A program made the position numbers and the translations under genes. The notes beneath the pieces were generated by a model. That model did not search any database. It saw only the letters and a program-made list of their open reading frames with translations, and was not told the origin of the DNA. A stretch of DNA of 64,000 nucleotides, from the NCBI GenBank assembly GCA_964585925.1, contig CAZPFS010000001.1, forward strand, positions 48,221 to 112,220, given 5' to 3'. Below, one piece after another: positions 46,967 through 56,704 of this stretch (its first letter is position 1; every line of letters starts with the position of its first letter). The DNA comes from an uncultured Syntrophomonadaceae bacterium. GTDB taxonomy: Bacteria; Bacillota; Dethiobacteria; DTU022.

Positions 46967-48307
46967 ATGGTTAGATATCAGAAGGATGAAATAATAAAAG
47001 AGGCTTCACGGGTTCTTGGCTATATTGAAAACCCTTTGCTATCCGACACCGATAAAGAAAGAATAGTCCAGGATTCTATCATAAATTTTACCGATTATGT
47101 AAACCCCGGTGTGCTTGAACACCGGAAGTCGGTTTCCACAGACTACTCCTTTGTGGAATGGGAAGACGAAGGTGCTATTTTCAGGGATACCCATGGAGTG
47201 GAATTTATCGACTGCCTGGGCGGCTTTGGGATCTATACGTTGGGGCACCGCAATCCACGGGTGGTCAAGGCGGTGATGGCCCAGCTGAACCGCTATGCTT
47301 TACACAGCCAGGAGCTGGTAGATCCCTTGAGAGGTTATCTGGCCAAATTGGTTTCCATGATAACTCCCGGTGATATTAAGTATTCTTTTTTCTGCAACGG
47401 TGGGGCGGAAGCAATTGAGATGTCTCTTAAATTGGCCCGGCTGGCTACCGGGAAAACCTATTTCATCTCCACGGTAGGCGCCTTCCACGGCAAATCCATG
47501 GGTGCGGTATCGGTAGCCGGTAAAGACGTTTACAGAAAGCCGTACATTCCTCTTATCCAGGGTGTTCAGCATGTAGAATACGGCAATGCCGATGCCATGG
47601 AGGCGGCTATAAAGGCCCTGATTGCGGTGGGCGAAACCGTGGCCGGAGTTATTGTGGAACCGATACAGGGAGAGGGCGGCGTAAATATTCCCCCCGATGA
47701 TTACCTGCCGAGGTTAAGGAAAATCTGTGATAAATATGATGTGTTGTTAATTACCGACGAGATTCAAACCGGCATGGGTAGAACCGGCAAGATGTGGGCG
47801 GTGGATCACCAAGATGTGGTTCCCGATATACTGGTCATGGGGAAAGCCTTTGGGGGAGGGGTCGGTCCTATAACCGGTATTGCGGCCAGGCCTCATCTGT
47901 GGGACCGGCTGAAAGAAAACCCGTGGGTCCTTGGATCCCCCACTTTCGGCGGCAATCCCCTTTGTTGTGCCGCGGCCATTGCGGCCATTAAATTAACGGT
48001 AGAAATGGATATACCGGCCATCTGTGCTGAAAAGGGTAATTACTTTTTAGAAAACCTGGCTGCGTTGAGCCGTAAATATCCGGTGCTAAAAGCGGTTAGG
48101 GGAAAGGGACTGCTCATAGGAATGGAGTTTGTGGACAGTGAAACAGGGTTTAAGGTTTCCAAGGAACTATTCAAGAAAAAAGTTCTGGTGGGCGGCACTT
48201 TGAACAATGCTCTGGTGGTGCGGATAGAGCCGCCGGCGGTGATCACCGGAGAGCAGATTGACCAGGTTCTAAAATGCCTGTCGGAAGCTCTGGAGACAGT
48301 ATCCTGA
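46967..48307 (+). CDS. patA: Putrescine aminotransferase (class III PLP enzyme)
   Basis: YVNPGVLEHRKSV, FIDCLGGFGIYTLGHRNP, EPIQGEGG, DEIQTGMGRTG, MGKAFGGG; PatA/YgjG-type N-terminus. Confidence 0.88.
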   Translation: MVRYQKDEIIKEASRVLGYIENPLLSDTDKERIVQDSIINFTDYVNPGVLEHRKSVSTDYSFVEWEDEGAIFRDTHGVEFIDCLGGFGIYTLGHRNPRVVKAVMAQLNRYALHSQELVDPLRGYLAKLVSMITPGDIKYSFFCNGGAEAIEMSLKLARLATGKTYFISTVGAFHGKSMGAVSVAGKDVYRKPYIPLIQGVQHVEYGNADAMEAAIKALIAVGETVAGVIVEPIQGEGGVNIPPDDYLPRLRKICDKYDVLLITDEIQTGMGRTGKMWAVDHQDVVPDILVMGKAFGGGVGPITGIAARPHLWDRLKENPWVLGSPTFGGNPLCCAAAIAAIKLTVEMDIPAICAEKGNYFLENLAALSRKYPVLKAVRGKGLLIGMEFVDSETGFKVSKELFKKKVLVGGTLNNALVVRIEPPAVITGEQIDQVLKCLSEALETVS

Positions 48308-48459
48308 AACAAGGATGAATAATGATCGCCTTATGAATAAAGGATAATATTGAGCACAGGAGAATTATTAATGATAACCCAATATATACCCTGCCAGGCC
48401 GGGTTTTCCGGCTTTAGGCTAAATGATTCAGGACCCGAAACGGCCGTTAGAGCCCATAT

Positions 48460-50277
48460 TTGACAAGGACAATACAGGAGTTGGTGAACATGACCAGGCA
48501 CACACAGTTGAATCGCTGGATTTCCGATATGGCCGGGATGTGCAGCCCGGCTAAAATAGTTTGGATTGACGGTTCGGACGAACAGAGAACAGCCCTGGAG
48601 AATGAAGCGTTATCCACCGGGGAAATGATCAGATTGGATCCCCGTAAATGGCCGGGTTGTCTATATCATCGCACCGCGGTCAATGATGTGGCCCGGACCG
48701 AAGATTTGACCTTTATCTGCTGCCGGGATCAAATAGATGCCGGCCCCACCAACAACTGGATGTCTCCCGAAGAGGCTTACCGGAGGGGTAGGGAAATTTT
48801 TCAGGGCTCCATGGCCGGCAGGACCATGTATGTGATTCCCTTTTCCATGGGGCCTCTGGGTTCGCCCTTCAGCAAGATCGGCATAGAACTTACTGACAGT
48901 ATCTATGTGGTGCTAAATATGCTGATCATGACCCGGGCCGGCAAAAAGGTTCTAGATCAACTGGGGGATAACGGTGAATTTACAAGGGGTCTTCACGGCA
49001 AGGCCGATCTTGATCTTAAGCGGCGGCTGATCCTTCATTTTCCCGAAGACAACACTATCTGGAGCGTGGGTTCCGGTTATGGAGGAAATGTTCTTCTGGG
49101 AAAAAAATGCCTGAGCCTGCGCATAGCCAGTTATCTGGGTAAACACGAAGGATGGATGGCCGAACATATGTTGATCATGGGCCTGGAAGACCCCCGGGGC
49201 AATGTGGACTATGTCGCCGCTGCTTTTCCCAGCGCCTGCGGGAAAACCAATCTGGCCATGCTGGTGCCGCCGGAGCAGTTTACAGAAAAAGGTTACCGGA
49301 TCTGGACCATCGGCGATGATATTGCCTGGCTGCGGGTGGGCAGCGACGGCAGATTATGGGCGGTCAACCCCGAGGCCGGTTTTTTCGGTGTGGCCCCGGG
49401 AACCAACTGCCGCAGCAATCCCAATATCATGAAAACCATACGTAAAAATACGATATTTACCAATGTTCTGTTGACCTCAAAGGGGGATGTTTGGTGGGAA
49501 AACGGCGAGGGACCGGCACCTTCCTCCGGTGAGGCTTGGGACGGGCGCAAATGGAGACCCGGAATGAAAGATGCTTCGGGAAAAGACATCCCCGGTGCAC
49601 ATCCCAATTCCCGGTTTACCGCACCCATCACCCAATCTCCCCTTTTTTCTCCCGAGTGGGACAATCCCCGGGGGGTCCCCCTGTCGGCAATTGTGTTCGG
49701 GGGAAGAAGATCAAATCTGATCCCCCTGGTTTATGAGGCTTTTGATTGGCCCCATGGGGTTTACATGGGCGCCACCATGTCCTCTGAAATTACCGCCGCC
49801 CAATACGGCCACCAGGGACAGGTTCGCCGTGATCCCATGGCCATGCTGCCGTTTTGCGGTTATAATATGGGACACTACTTCGGTCATTGGCTGGACATGG
49901 GCCGAAGACTGAACAGGCCTCCTGGAATATTTTATGTGAACTGGTTCAGGAAAGATGAACAGGGCAAATTCATGTGGCCCGGTTTTGGAGAAAATTTCCG
50001 GGTGATCAAGTGGATTATCGATCGAGTTCACCGCCGGGCCGAGGCGGTGGAAACGCCCCTGGGTTATCTGCCAAAAATGAAGGATCTGGAATTGAACGGG
50101 CTGGACCTCCCGCCGGCAACCCTGGAAAAAATGCTGAAGGTGATCCCCGAAGAATGGCAAGCAGAGCTGGAAAGCCAGCAGGAATTTTTTGCGCAATTCG
50201 GATCCACCCTGCCTCCGGAAATTGAGCGACAGTGCTCGGCTTTAGCAGAAAGGCTCTGTGTGAAAAATAAACTATAA
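48460..50277 (+). CDS. pckG: Phosphoenolpyruvate carboxykinase (GTP)
   Basis: DVARTED, SGYGGNVLLGKKC, AFPSACGKTNLAML, IGDDIAW, AHPNSRF, DPMAMLPFCGYN. Confidence 0.96.
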   Translation: MTRTIQELVNMTRHTQLNRWISDMAGMCSPAKIVWIDGSDEQRTALENEALSTGEMIRLDPRKWPGCLYHRTAVNDVARTEDLTFICCRDQIDAGPTNNWMSPEEAYRRGREIFQGSMAGRTMYVIPFSMGPLGSPFSKIGIELTDSIYVVLNMLIMTRAGKKVLDQLGDNGEFTRGLHGKADLDLKRRLILHFPEDNTIWSVGSGYGGNVLLGKKCLSLRIASYLGKHEGWMAEHMLIMGLEDPRGNVDYVAAAFPSACGKTNLAMLVPPEQFTEKGYRIWTIGDDIAWLRVGSDGRLWAVNPEAGFFGVAPGTNCRSNPNIMKTIRKNTIFTNVLLTSKGDVWWENGEGPAPSSGEAWDGRKWRPGMKDASGKDIPGAHPNSRFTAPITQSPLFSPEWDNPRGVPLSAIVFGGRRSNLIPLVYEAFDWPHGVYMGATMSSEITAAQYGHQGQVRRDPMAMLPFCGYNMGHYFGHWLDMGRRLNRPPGIFYVNWFRKDEQGKFMWPGFGENFRVIKWIIDRVHRRAEAVETPLGYLPKMKDLELNGLDLPPATLEKMLKVIPEEWQAELESQQEFFAQFGSTLPPEIERQCSALAERLCVKNKL

Positions 50278-50378
50278 AACTGATCCTGAAGGGTCAGATC
50301 CAGTTCCGGGCAGCCGGCTATTGCGCCGGCTTGATCAATAATATAGAATTGTGGTAATCGATTGAGGAGGACAAGAAC

Positions 50379-51203
50379 ATGCACATTCCTCATACCGGGT
50401 TAATCGGATGTGGGGTTATGGGTTCAACCCTGGCCAAAGGCATGATCAAAGGCGGAAAACTCGCTCCCCAGTATCTGCGGCTTTATGATCTGCGAAAAGA
50501 AAGCATGCTGAAATTATCTTCTGAACTAGACGCCAAAGCGGCCACAGGTCTGGATGAGCTTTGTCGGGACTGTGCGCTGATATTCGTGGCTGTCAAACCC
50601 CGGGACATGGCAACCGTCCTGTCTGGAATCAGGGATCATTTCGGGGGATCCCGGATATTGGTTTCAGTGGCCGCGGGGATCAGCACCGATTATTTGCAGA
50701 ACCGGCTGCCGTCAGACTGCAAAACGGTACGCCTGATGCCTAATACGCCTTGCCTGGTTGGAGAAGGAGTTATCGCCCTAAGCCCGGGCGCCAGGACCAC
50801 CTCCGAGGATGTGTCCCTGGTTAGGGAGATGATTGCTCCCCTGGGAATGACGGTGGAAGTCCCCGAAAATTTGATGGAAGCTGTAACCGGTTTGAGCGGC
50901 AGCGGCCCCGCCTATGTATTTCTGGTCCTGGAAGCCCTGATCGAGGGAGGGGTGGAGGTGGGTTTGAGCCGGGAATTGGCCAACAAACTGGCGGTTCAGA
51001 CCATTATCGGCGCGGCCAAAATGGCTCAAATTACCGGACGGCATCCAGCTATCCTTAAGAACGAAATTACCTCGCCGGCCGGCACTACCAGTTCTGCCCT
51101 GCGTATACTGGAAGACGGCGCCGTAAAGGGCAAATTAATTGCCGCGGTGGCGGAATCTGCACGGCGGGCGGGAGAGATGGCGGGAGAGTTGTCCGATGAA
51201 TAG
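50379..51203 (+). CDS. proC: Pyrroline-5-carboxylate reductase
   Basis: GCGVMG, AVKP, SVAAG, RLMPNTP, GLSGSGPAY, SPAGTT. Confidence 0.96.
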   Translation: MHIPHTGLIGCGVMGSTLAKGMIKGGKLAPQYLRLYDLRKESMLKLSSELDAKAATGLDELCRDCALIFVAVKPRDMATVLSGIRDHFGGSRILVSVAAGISTDYLQNRLPSDCKTVRLMPNTPCLVGEGVIALSPGARTTSEDVSLVREMIAPLGMTVEVPENLMEAVTGLSGSGPAYVFLVLEALIEGGVEVGLSRELANKLAVQTIIGAAKMAQITGRHPAILKNEITSPAGTTSSALRILEDGAVKGKLIAAVAESARRAGEMAGELSDE

Positions 51204-52374
51204 ATTTCGCCCGGAATCTGTATCCCCTTTCCAGAGGGTGGTCATTAAGGTAGGCACCAGGTTGCTGACCCACTCCACCGGCTGTCTTAATCCTGAGTAT
51301 ATTGAAAAATTGATCAACCAGGTGGCCGGCCTGCACAGGCAGGGGATGGAGATCATCCTGGTATCTTCAGGGGCCATAGGGGCGGGAATAGGGCGTATGC
51401 AAATGAAGCGACGGCCCGTTTCCATCCCCGAAAAACAGGCGGCGGCCGCGGTGGGTCAGGGGTTGCTTATCCAGAACTATGAGAGACTGTTTTCAGAATA
51501 CGGGATTACGGTAGCCCAGGTATTGCTTACCCGCGCCGATCTGATCGGCAGGCGCCGCTACATCAATGCCCGCAATACCATCAACTGTCTGCTGAGCTGG
51601 GGTGTTGTACCGATCATAAATGAAAATGATACGGTGTCGGTGGAAGAGATCGAATTCGGGGACAACGATCAGCTCTCGGCACTGCTGGCCGGGTTGGTTG
51701 ACGCTCGCTTGCTGATAATTCTGACCAATATAGATGGGTTTTATGATGGCCATCCCCGAAAAGAACCGGGCGCGAGGCTGATCCCGGTGATAAACGAGAT
51801 TACTCCCAAGATTAGATCCTGGGCCGGATTTTCGGGCGACGACCTTGCCACCGGGGGTATGGTTACCAAACTAAAAGCGGCGGAAATTGCCACCTACTCC
51901 GGAGTGGGGGTATATATTGCCAATGGCACCGCCCCGGATATCCTGAACAGAATATTTTCCGGGGAGCCGGCCGGCACCTATTTTAGTCCCCGCAAACAAT
52001 ATCTGAGCCACCGCAAGCGCTGGATTGCCTATGGGAAGGTAGTTAAGGGAAATGTTACAGTCGATAACGGGGCCCGGGACGCGCTCTGCCGGGAAGGCAA
52101 GAGTTTGCTGCCGGTAGGGGTTATTTCAGTAGGCGGTTCGTTTAAACCCGGGGATCTGGTGGCGGTGCTGGATGCGGGGGGCCGGGAGCTGGGCCGGGGC
52201 CTGACCAATTTTTCCTCTGCCGAACTTTCCCGGATCAAAATGCACCCCAGCAATGAAATCTCCTCCATTTTGGGGGTAACGGACGATCCCCAGGAGGTAA
52301 TTCACCGTGATAATTTGGTAATTTACGGCTGTGGTTCTGAAAGGAGAGGGGAAGATGCATCCCGAGGTAACTGA
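51196..52374 (+). CDS. proB: Glutamate 5-kinase with PUA domain
   Basis: VVIKVGT, VSSGAI, INEND, FGDNDQLSA, TGGMVTKL; C-terminal PUA domain. Start at ATG 51196. Confidence 0.96.
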   Translation: MNRFRPESVSPFQRVVIKVGTRLLTHSTGCLNPEYIEKLINQVAGLHRQGMEIILVSSGAIGAGIGRMQMKRRPVSIPEKQAAAAVGQGLLIQNYERLFSEYGITVAQVLLTRADLIGRRRYINARNTINCLLSWGVVPIINENDTVSVEEIEFGDNDQLSALLAGLVDARLLIILTNIDGFYDGHPRKEPGARLIPVINEITPKIRSWAGFSGDDLATGGMVTKLKAAEIATYSGVGVYIANGTAPDILNRIFSGEPAGTYFSPRKQYLSHRKRWIAYGKVVKGNVTVDNGARDALCREGKSLLPVGVISVGGSFKPGDLVAVLDAGGRELGRGLTNFSSAELSRIKMHPSNEISSILGVTDDPQEVIHRDNLVIYGCGSERRGEDASRGN

Positions 52375-53608
52375 AAAAGCCCGGCAGGCGTGTGCTGCCG
52401 CCCGTGTGCTTGCCAACAGCTCAACTGCAGAGAAGAACCGGGCTCTGCTGCTGATTGCCGGGGCCCTTAAAGAACGGGCGGGGCTGATCAGGGAAGCCAA
52501 CAAAATTGATTTGGAAAATTTAAAGCAGAAACCGGACTATACCAATGCTTTTTATGATCGGTTATTGTTGACCCCCGAAAGGATTGACGGCATGGCGGGG
52601 GGGCTGAGGGAAATAGCCGCCCTGGAGGATCCGGTGGGTGAGGTGGAGGGGATGTCCCGCCGCCCGAATGGTTTGCAGATCGGCCGCATCCGGGTTCCCA
52701 TCGGGGTTATCGGAATTATTTATGAGGCCCGGCCCAACGTGACCGTAGATGCAGCCGGGTTGACCCTGAAATCCGGGAATGCAGTTATTCTCAGGGGTAG
52801 TTCTGAGGCCATCCATTCAAATAGAGCCCTGGTTGAAATAATACAGGAACAGTTGCGCAAGGCCGGGCTGCCGCCCGGTGCGGTGGTGCTGATCGAGGAT
52901 ACCGATCGGAGCGCCGCCCTGGCGCTGATGCGTTTGAATCAATACCTGGATCTATTGATTCCCAGGGGAGGGCCCTCCCTGATCGCTGCGGTGATCGAAA
53001 ACTCAACAGTACCGGTGATCAAAACCGGCGCTGGAAATTGTCATATTTATGTGGATGACGGTGCAGATCCGGAAAGTGCAGTTTCGATCATCCTCAATGC
53101 CAAGGTTCAACGGCCCGGAGTATGCAACGCCTTGGAAACCTTGCTGTTGCACCGGACGGTTGCTCCCACGCTGATTCCCGCCGTTGTTCCCGAGTTGCTG
53201 TTGAGGGGAGTGGAAATCAGGGGATGCCCCCTTGCCCAGAGCTACCACGGGGAAATAAAACCGGCGGCGGATCAGGATTGGGAGACCGAGTACCTGGATC
53301 TGATCCTGGCGGTAAAAATAGTGGATAGTCTTCAGGCCGCAATAGAGCATATCAGTCGTTACGGAACCGGGCATTCCGAAGCGATTCTTACCGCCGATTA
53401 TTACCGGGCCAGGGAGTTTGTATCGCGGGTTGACGCTGCCGCGGTATATGTCAATGCCTCTACCAGATTCACCGATGGTTTTGAATTTGGGTTGGGAGCC
53501 GAGATGGGGATCAGCACCCAGAAATTGCATGCCCGCGGCCCGATGGGGTTGAAAGAGCTGACCAGCCTTAAATACATTATTTACGGTGAGGGGCAAATCC
53601 GACAATAA
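52355..53608 (+). CDS. proA: Gamma-glutamyl phosphate reductase
   Basis: PIGVIGIIYEARPNVT, GAGNCH, CNALE, NASTRFTDG, GISTQKLHARGP. Confidence 0.97.
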   Translation: MHPEVTEKARQACAAARVLANSSTAEKNRALLLIAGALKERAGLIREANKIDLENLKQKPDYTNAFYDRLLLTPERIDGMAGGLREIAALEDPVGEVEGMSRRPNGLQIGRIRVPIGVIGIIYEARPNVTVDAAGLTLKSGNAVILRGSSEAIHSNRALVEIIQEQLRKAGLPPGAVVLIEDTDRSAALALMRLNQYLDLLIPRGGPSLIAAVIENSTVPVIKTGAGNCHIYVDDGADPESAVSIILNAKVQRPGVCNALETLLLHRTVAPTLIPAVVPELLLRGVEIRGCPLAQSYHGEIKPAADQDWETEYLDLILAVKIVDSLQAAIEHISRYGTGHSEAILTADYYRAREFVSRVDAAAVYVNASTRFTDGFEFGLGAEMGISTQKLHARGPMGLKELTSLKYIIYGEGQIRQ

Positions 53609-53620
53609 GGAGGTACAGCT

Positions 53621-54796
53621 ATGAGCCGGTTTCAGGACGCATTGAATAAAGGGAATATTCTTTTGGTGGATACAACCTTGAGGGACGGTGAACAGACTGC
53701 GGGGGTGGTATTTTCCAATCAGGAAAAATTGCAGATTGCCCGGATGCTGGATGCGATAGGGGTTCAACAGATTGAGGCCGGTATTCCGGTGATGGGGGGC
53801 GATGAAAAGAAAGTAGTGAAAAAAATCGTCGAGCTTGAACTGGAGGCCAGCATCATGGGCTGGAACCGGGCGAATGTGGGCGACGTTCAGCATTCCCTCG
53901 ATTGCGGAGTGGATTCGGTGGCCATCTCTATCTCCACCTCCGATATTCATATCATTCACAAGCTGCGCACCGACCGGGATTGGGTTTTATCCAACATGAC
54001 CAGAGCGGTAGAATATGCTAAAAAGGCGGGGGTCTATGTCTCGGTGAACGCAGAGGACGCCTCCCGCAGCGAGCTGGAGTTTTTATTAAAATTTGCCAAA
54101 GAAGCCAGGGAGGCCGGAGCGGACCGCCTGCGGTTTTGTGATACCGTAGGTGTGATGGAGCCCTTCAAGACCTATGATCTGATAAAAACCCTGATCGAAG
54201 AGACCGGCATGGTTATTGAAATGCACACTCATAATGACTTTGGAATGGCCACCGCCAACGCCCTGGCCGGCGCCAGGGCAGGCGCCCGCTTGATCGGGGT
54301 TACCGTAGGCGGGCTGGGCGAACGGGCCGGGAACGCCGCTTTGGAAGAGATTATCATGGCCCTGAAAGTTCTTATGGGCCGGGATGATCTGGGTATAGAC
54401 ACCAAAAAATTTCACGAACTCTCGGAATATGTAGGCCGTGCTTCCGGCAGGCCGATCTCTCCCGGCAAACCGATTGTGGGTTCAAATACCTTTGCCCATG
54501 AATCCGGAATTCATGCCGACGGCGTGCTGAAGAACCCCTCTACCTATGAGGTGTTCAGCCCGGAAGATGTGGGATTGGAACGCCAGATTATCATCGGCAA
54601 ACATTCCGGCTCCAAATCGATTATCATGAAATTTCAGGAATACGGTATCCAGCTCTCCGCGGCGGAGGCGGAAGAACTGCTTCCGGCTGTCCGCAGCGCT
54701 ACTGTGGAGCTGAAACGCTGCCTGTTTGATAAAGAAATCATGTATATTTATGAAGACTATTTACAGCAAAAAAGAAAAAACAAAAGCAAAAATTAA
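53621..54796 (+). CDS. NifV-like acetyl-CoA condensing enzyme (homocitrate or Re-citrate synthase family)
   Basis: DTTLRDGEQ, HTHNDFGMATAN, GLGERAGNA, FAHESGIH, GKHSG; 391 aa with no LeuA regulatory domain. Confidence 0.85.
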   Translation: MSRFQDALNKGNILLVDTTLRDGEQTAGVVFSNQEKLQIARMLDAIGVQQIEAGIPVMGGDEKKVVKKIVELELEASIMGWNRANVGDVQHSLDCGVDSVAISISTSDIHIIHKLRTDRDWVLSNMTRAVEYAKKAGVYVSVNAEDASRSELEFLLKFAKEAREAGADRLRFCDTVGVMEPFKTYDLIKTLIEETGMVIEMHTHNDFGMATANALAGARAGARLIGVTVGGLGERAGNAALEEIIMALKVLMGRDDLGIDTKKFHELSEYVGRASGRPISPGKPIVGSNTFAHESGIHADGVLKNPSTYEVFSPEDVGLERQIIIGKHSGSKSIIMKFQEYGIQLSAAEAEELLPAVRSATVELKRCLFDKEIMYIYEDYLQQKRKNKSKN

Positions 54797-54819
54797 ATAT
54801 ATCCCTATGACGGCAGGCC

Positions 54820-54848
54820 ATGCGACAGGTATTTCCTGTCGCATTCTT
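54820..54848 (+). terminator. Hairpin terminator after the pro-nifV-like operon
   Basis: ATGCGACAGG-TATTT-CCTGTCGCAT perfect 10-bp stem followed by TCTT. Confidence 0.6.
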
Positions 54849-55010
54849 GTGAAAGCGTCCCTTGTCGGGGGATGATCGGGCACGCATTTTAGCTTTTCGC
54901 CTTTGTGGCCATATTAATAGGGAGATAAACAGGCAAAATAGGTAAAACTGCTTTTAAATTTCTCTGTGGGATTAAGCGGGTAGGGGCAGCGGTTAAAGGA
55001 GATTATCCTA

Positions 55011-55940
55011 ATGGTGGAAAATATCTACTGCGCAATCGATATCGGCGGAACTAAAATCCTAATTTATTTTATAGATCAGGAAAGAACGATCTACCACAAA
55101 CAGCGCTTATCCACCCCTGCCGGAAAAGGGGCCGAGGCGCTGGTAGAGGCAATCAACCGTGGAATGAACAGCGGTCTTCGGGAGGTCGGTCTGGAGATCG
55201 AAGATATTTCGGGGATAGGTATTTGTATCGCCGCCCTGCTGGACCATGAACAGGGGATAGTTTACCAAGCGCCAAATTTGGGCTGGACCCAACCGGTAGC
55301 CTTGAAGGAGGCGATGATAAATTTCTGGAAATGTCCCGTGCTGATTGAGAATGACGCCAATGCCGCCGTTTTAGGTGAGGTATGCTACGGTGCCGCCCGT
55401 GGACACCGGCATGCAATTTATATTACAATCAGTACCGGTATTGGAGGAGGGCTTTTCCTGAATGGCCGGATTTACCGCGGGAGCAGCGGCTTTGCCGGTG
55501 AAATAGGGCACGTAAAACCTTTTGGAACCGGTCGAACCTGCGGGTGCGGCGGGAAGGATTGCCTTGAAGCCTGGGCTTCCGGCAAGGGGATTGCGCGCAG
55601 TGCCCACTTGTGGAAGGAGGGGGCGGGTGATGCGTCGGAAATATTTGCCTTTGCCGGTACGGGGGATTCCGGGGCTCGGCAGATAATTGACCGGGCCGCG
55701 GAGGATATATCTGCCGGCCTGGCCAACCTGGTGGCGATCCTGAACCCCTCCTGCCTGATCCTGGGAGGGACGGTGGTTGCCGCCAACCCGACATTTTTTG
55801 AAAAAATCAGCAGCCTGGTTAGGGAAAAAGCCCTAAAAGCTGCTGTTTCCATAACTCCGCTGGAGATAGTGCCCTCCGGGCTTGAACCGGAAGCAGGTAT
55901 CTGGGGTATTTATGCCCTGATGACCCGGGAGCAGGGTTAA
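55011..55940 (+). CDS. ROK-family sugar kinase (glucokinase-like)
   Basis: DIGGTK, ENDANAAVLGE, STGIGGG, GEIGH, CGCGGKDCLE; no N-terminal HTH. Confidence 0.88.
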   Translation: MVENIYCAIDIGGTKILIYFIDQERTIYHKQRLSTPAGKGAEALVEAINRGMNSGLREVGLEIEDISGIGICIAALLDHEQGIVYQAPNLGWTQPVALKEAMINFWKCPVLIENDANAAVLGEVCYGAARGHRHAIYITISTGIGGGLFLNGRIYRGSSGFAGEIGHVKPFGTGRTCGCGGKDCLEAWASGKGIARSAHLWKEGAGDASEIFAFAGTGDSGARQIIDRAAEDISAGLANLVAILNPSCLILGGTVVAANPTFFEKISSLVREKALKAAVSITPLEIVPSGLEPEAGIWGIYALMTREQG

Positions 55941-55970
55941 ATTACAGGTCAGGTGTGATTCTTTTAAGAA

Positions 55971-56669
55971 TTGGATGATTATATATCTGTTGTCATAGAA
56001 TATTTGGGGCATATGGTAAATAAGTACGGCGTCCTGGGGATAGGCGCGGCCATGTTTACTGAGAGCCTGGGAGTGCCGTTTGCCTCCACGGTGGTATTTC
56101 TTTCCGCGGGAGGGCTGATTAACAGCGGCAAAATATCTTTTTGGGCCTTATTTGCAGCTTCCACTGCCGGGATCACTCTGGGAAGCATCGCCGGCTACCT
56201 GCTGGGATATATCAGCCGGGTCATGGGCCGGGTGATCAAATTAACATTGGGGAACCGCTGGATCAACTGTCATTTGCCAGAGAATAATGGCAAATCTGTG
56301 ATTCTGAAATTCATGGCACGCTATGGGAATTATTCAATTTTTATGGCTCAACTGTTTGGGATTACCAGGACTTTTGTCTCTATTCCCGCCGGGATCATGG
56401 GCATGAATTTGCCATTGTTCACGGTGTATACCGCTCTGGGCGGCGCCCTGTTCAGCCTGGGATCGATCGGCCTCAGCATTCTGCTGACCGGAATATTAAA
56501 GATTTTTTATAGATATCTGCGCCTGTTTTTAACTCTGCCCGCCCCGGTTTGGCTCCTATCCGGCGCGCTGATCGCCTTGATGATCTGGGTTTACCGGCGC
56601 CTGGGATGGAAATTCCCCCTGAAAAAATTGTTTATTTGGGGGAAAACATGGCTGGAACGAATAAAGTGA
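55971..56669 (+). CDS. DedA-family membrane protein
   Basis: ESLGVPFAS, GSIAGYLLG, RTFVSIPAG motifs. Confidence 0.82.
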   Translation: MDDYISVVIEYLGHMVNKYGVLGIGAAMFTESLGVPFASTVVFLSAGGLINSGKISFWALFAASTAGITLGSIAGYLLGYISRVMGRVIKLTLGNRWINCHLPENNGKSVILKFMARYGNYSIFMAQLFGITRTFVSIPAGIMGMNLPLFTVYTALGGALFSLGSIGLSILLTGILKIFYRYLRLFLTLPAPVWLLSGALIALMIWVYRRLGWKFPLKKLFIWGKTWLERIK

Positions 56670-56704
56670 AGGGAATTTTCTTGATCTGGGCCAAATCACC
56701 CTTT

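Noticed and set aside
50278-50378. T-box or proline-sensing leader before proC
   Set aside because: The gap is only about 100 bp and lacks the T-box consensus; only two small hairpins are present.
53621-54796. Evidence for nitrogen fixation from a nifV-like gene
   Set aside because: No nifHDK/ENB in the window; the family includes non-nif synthases.
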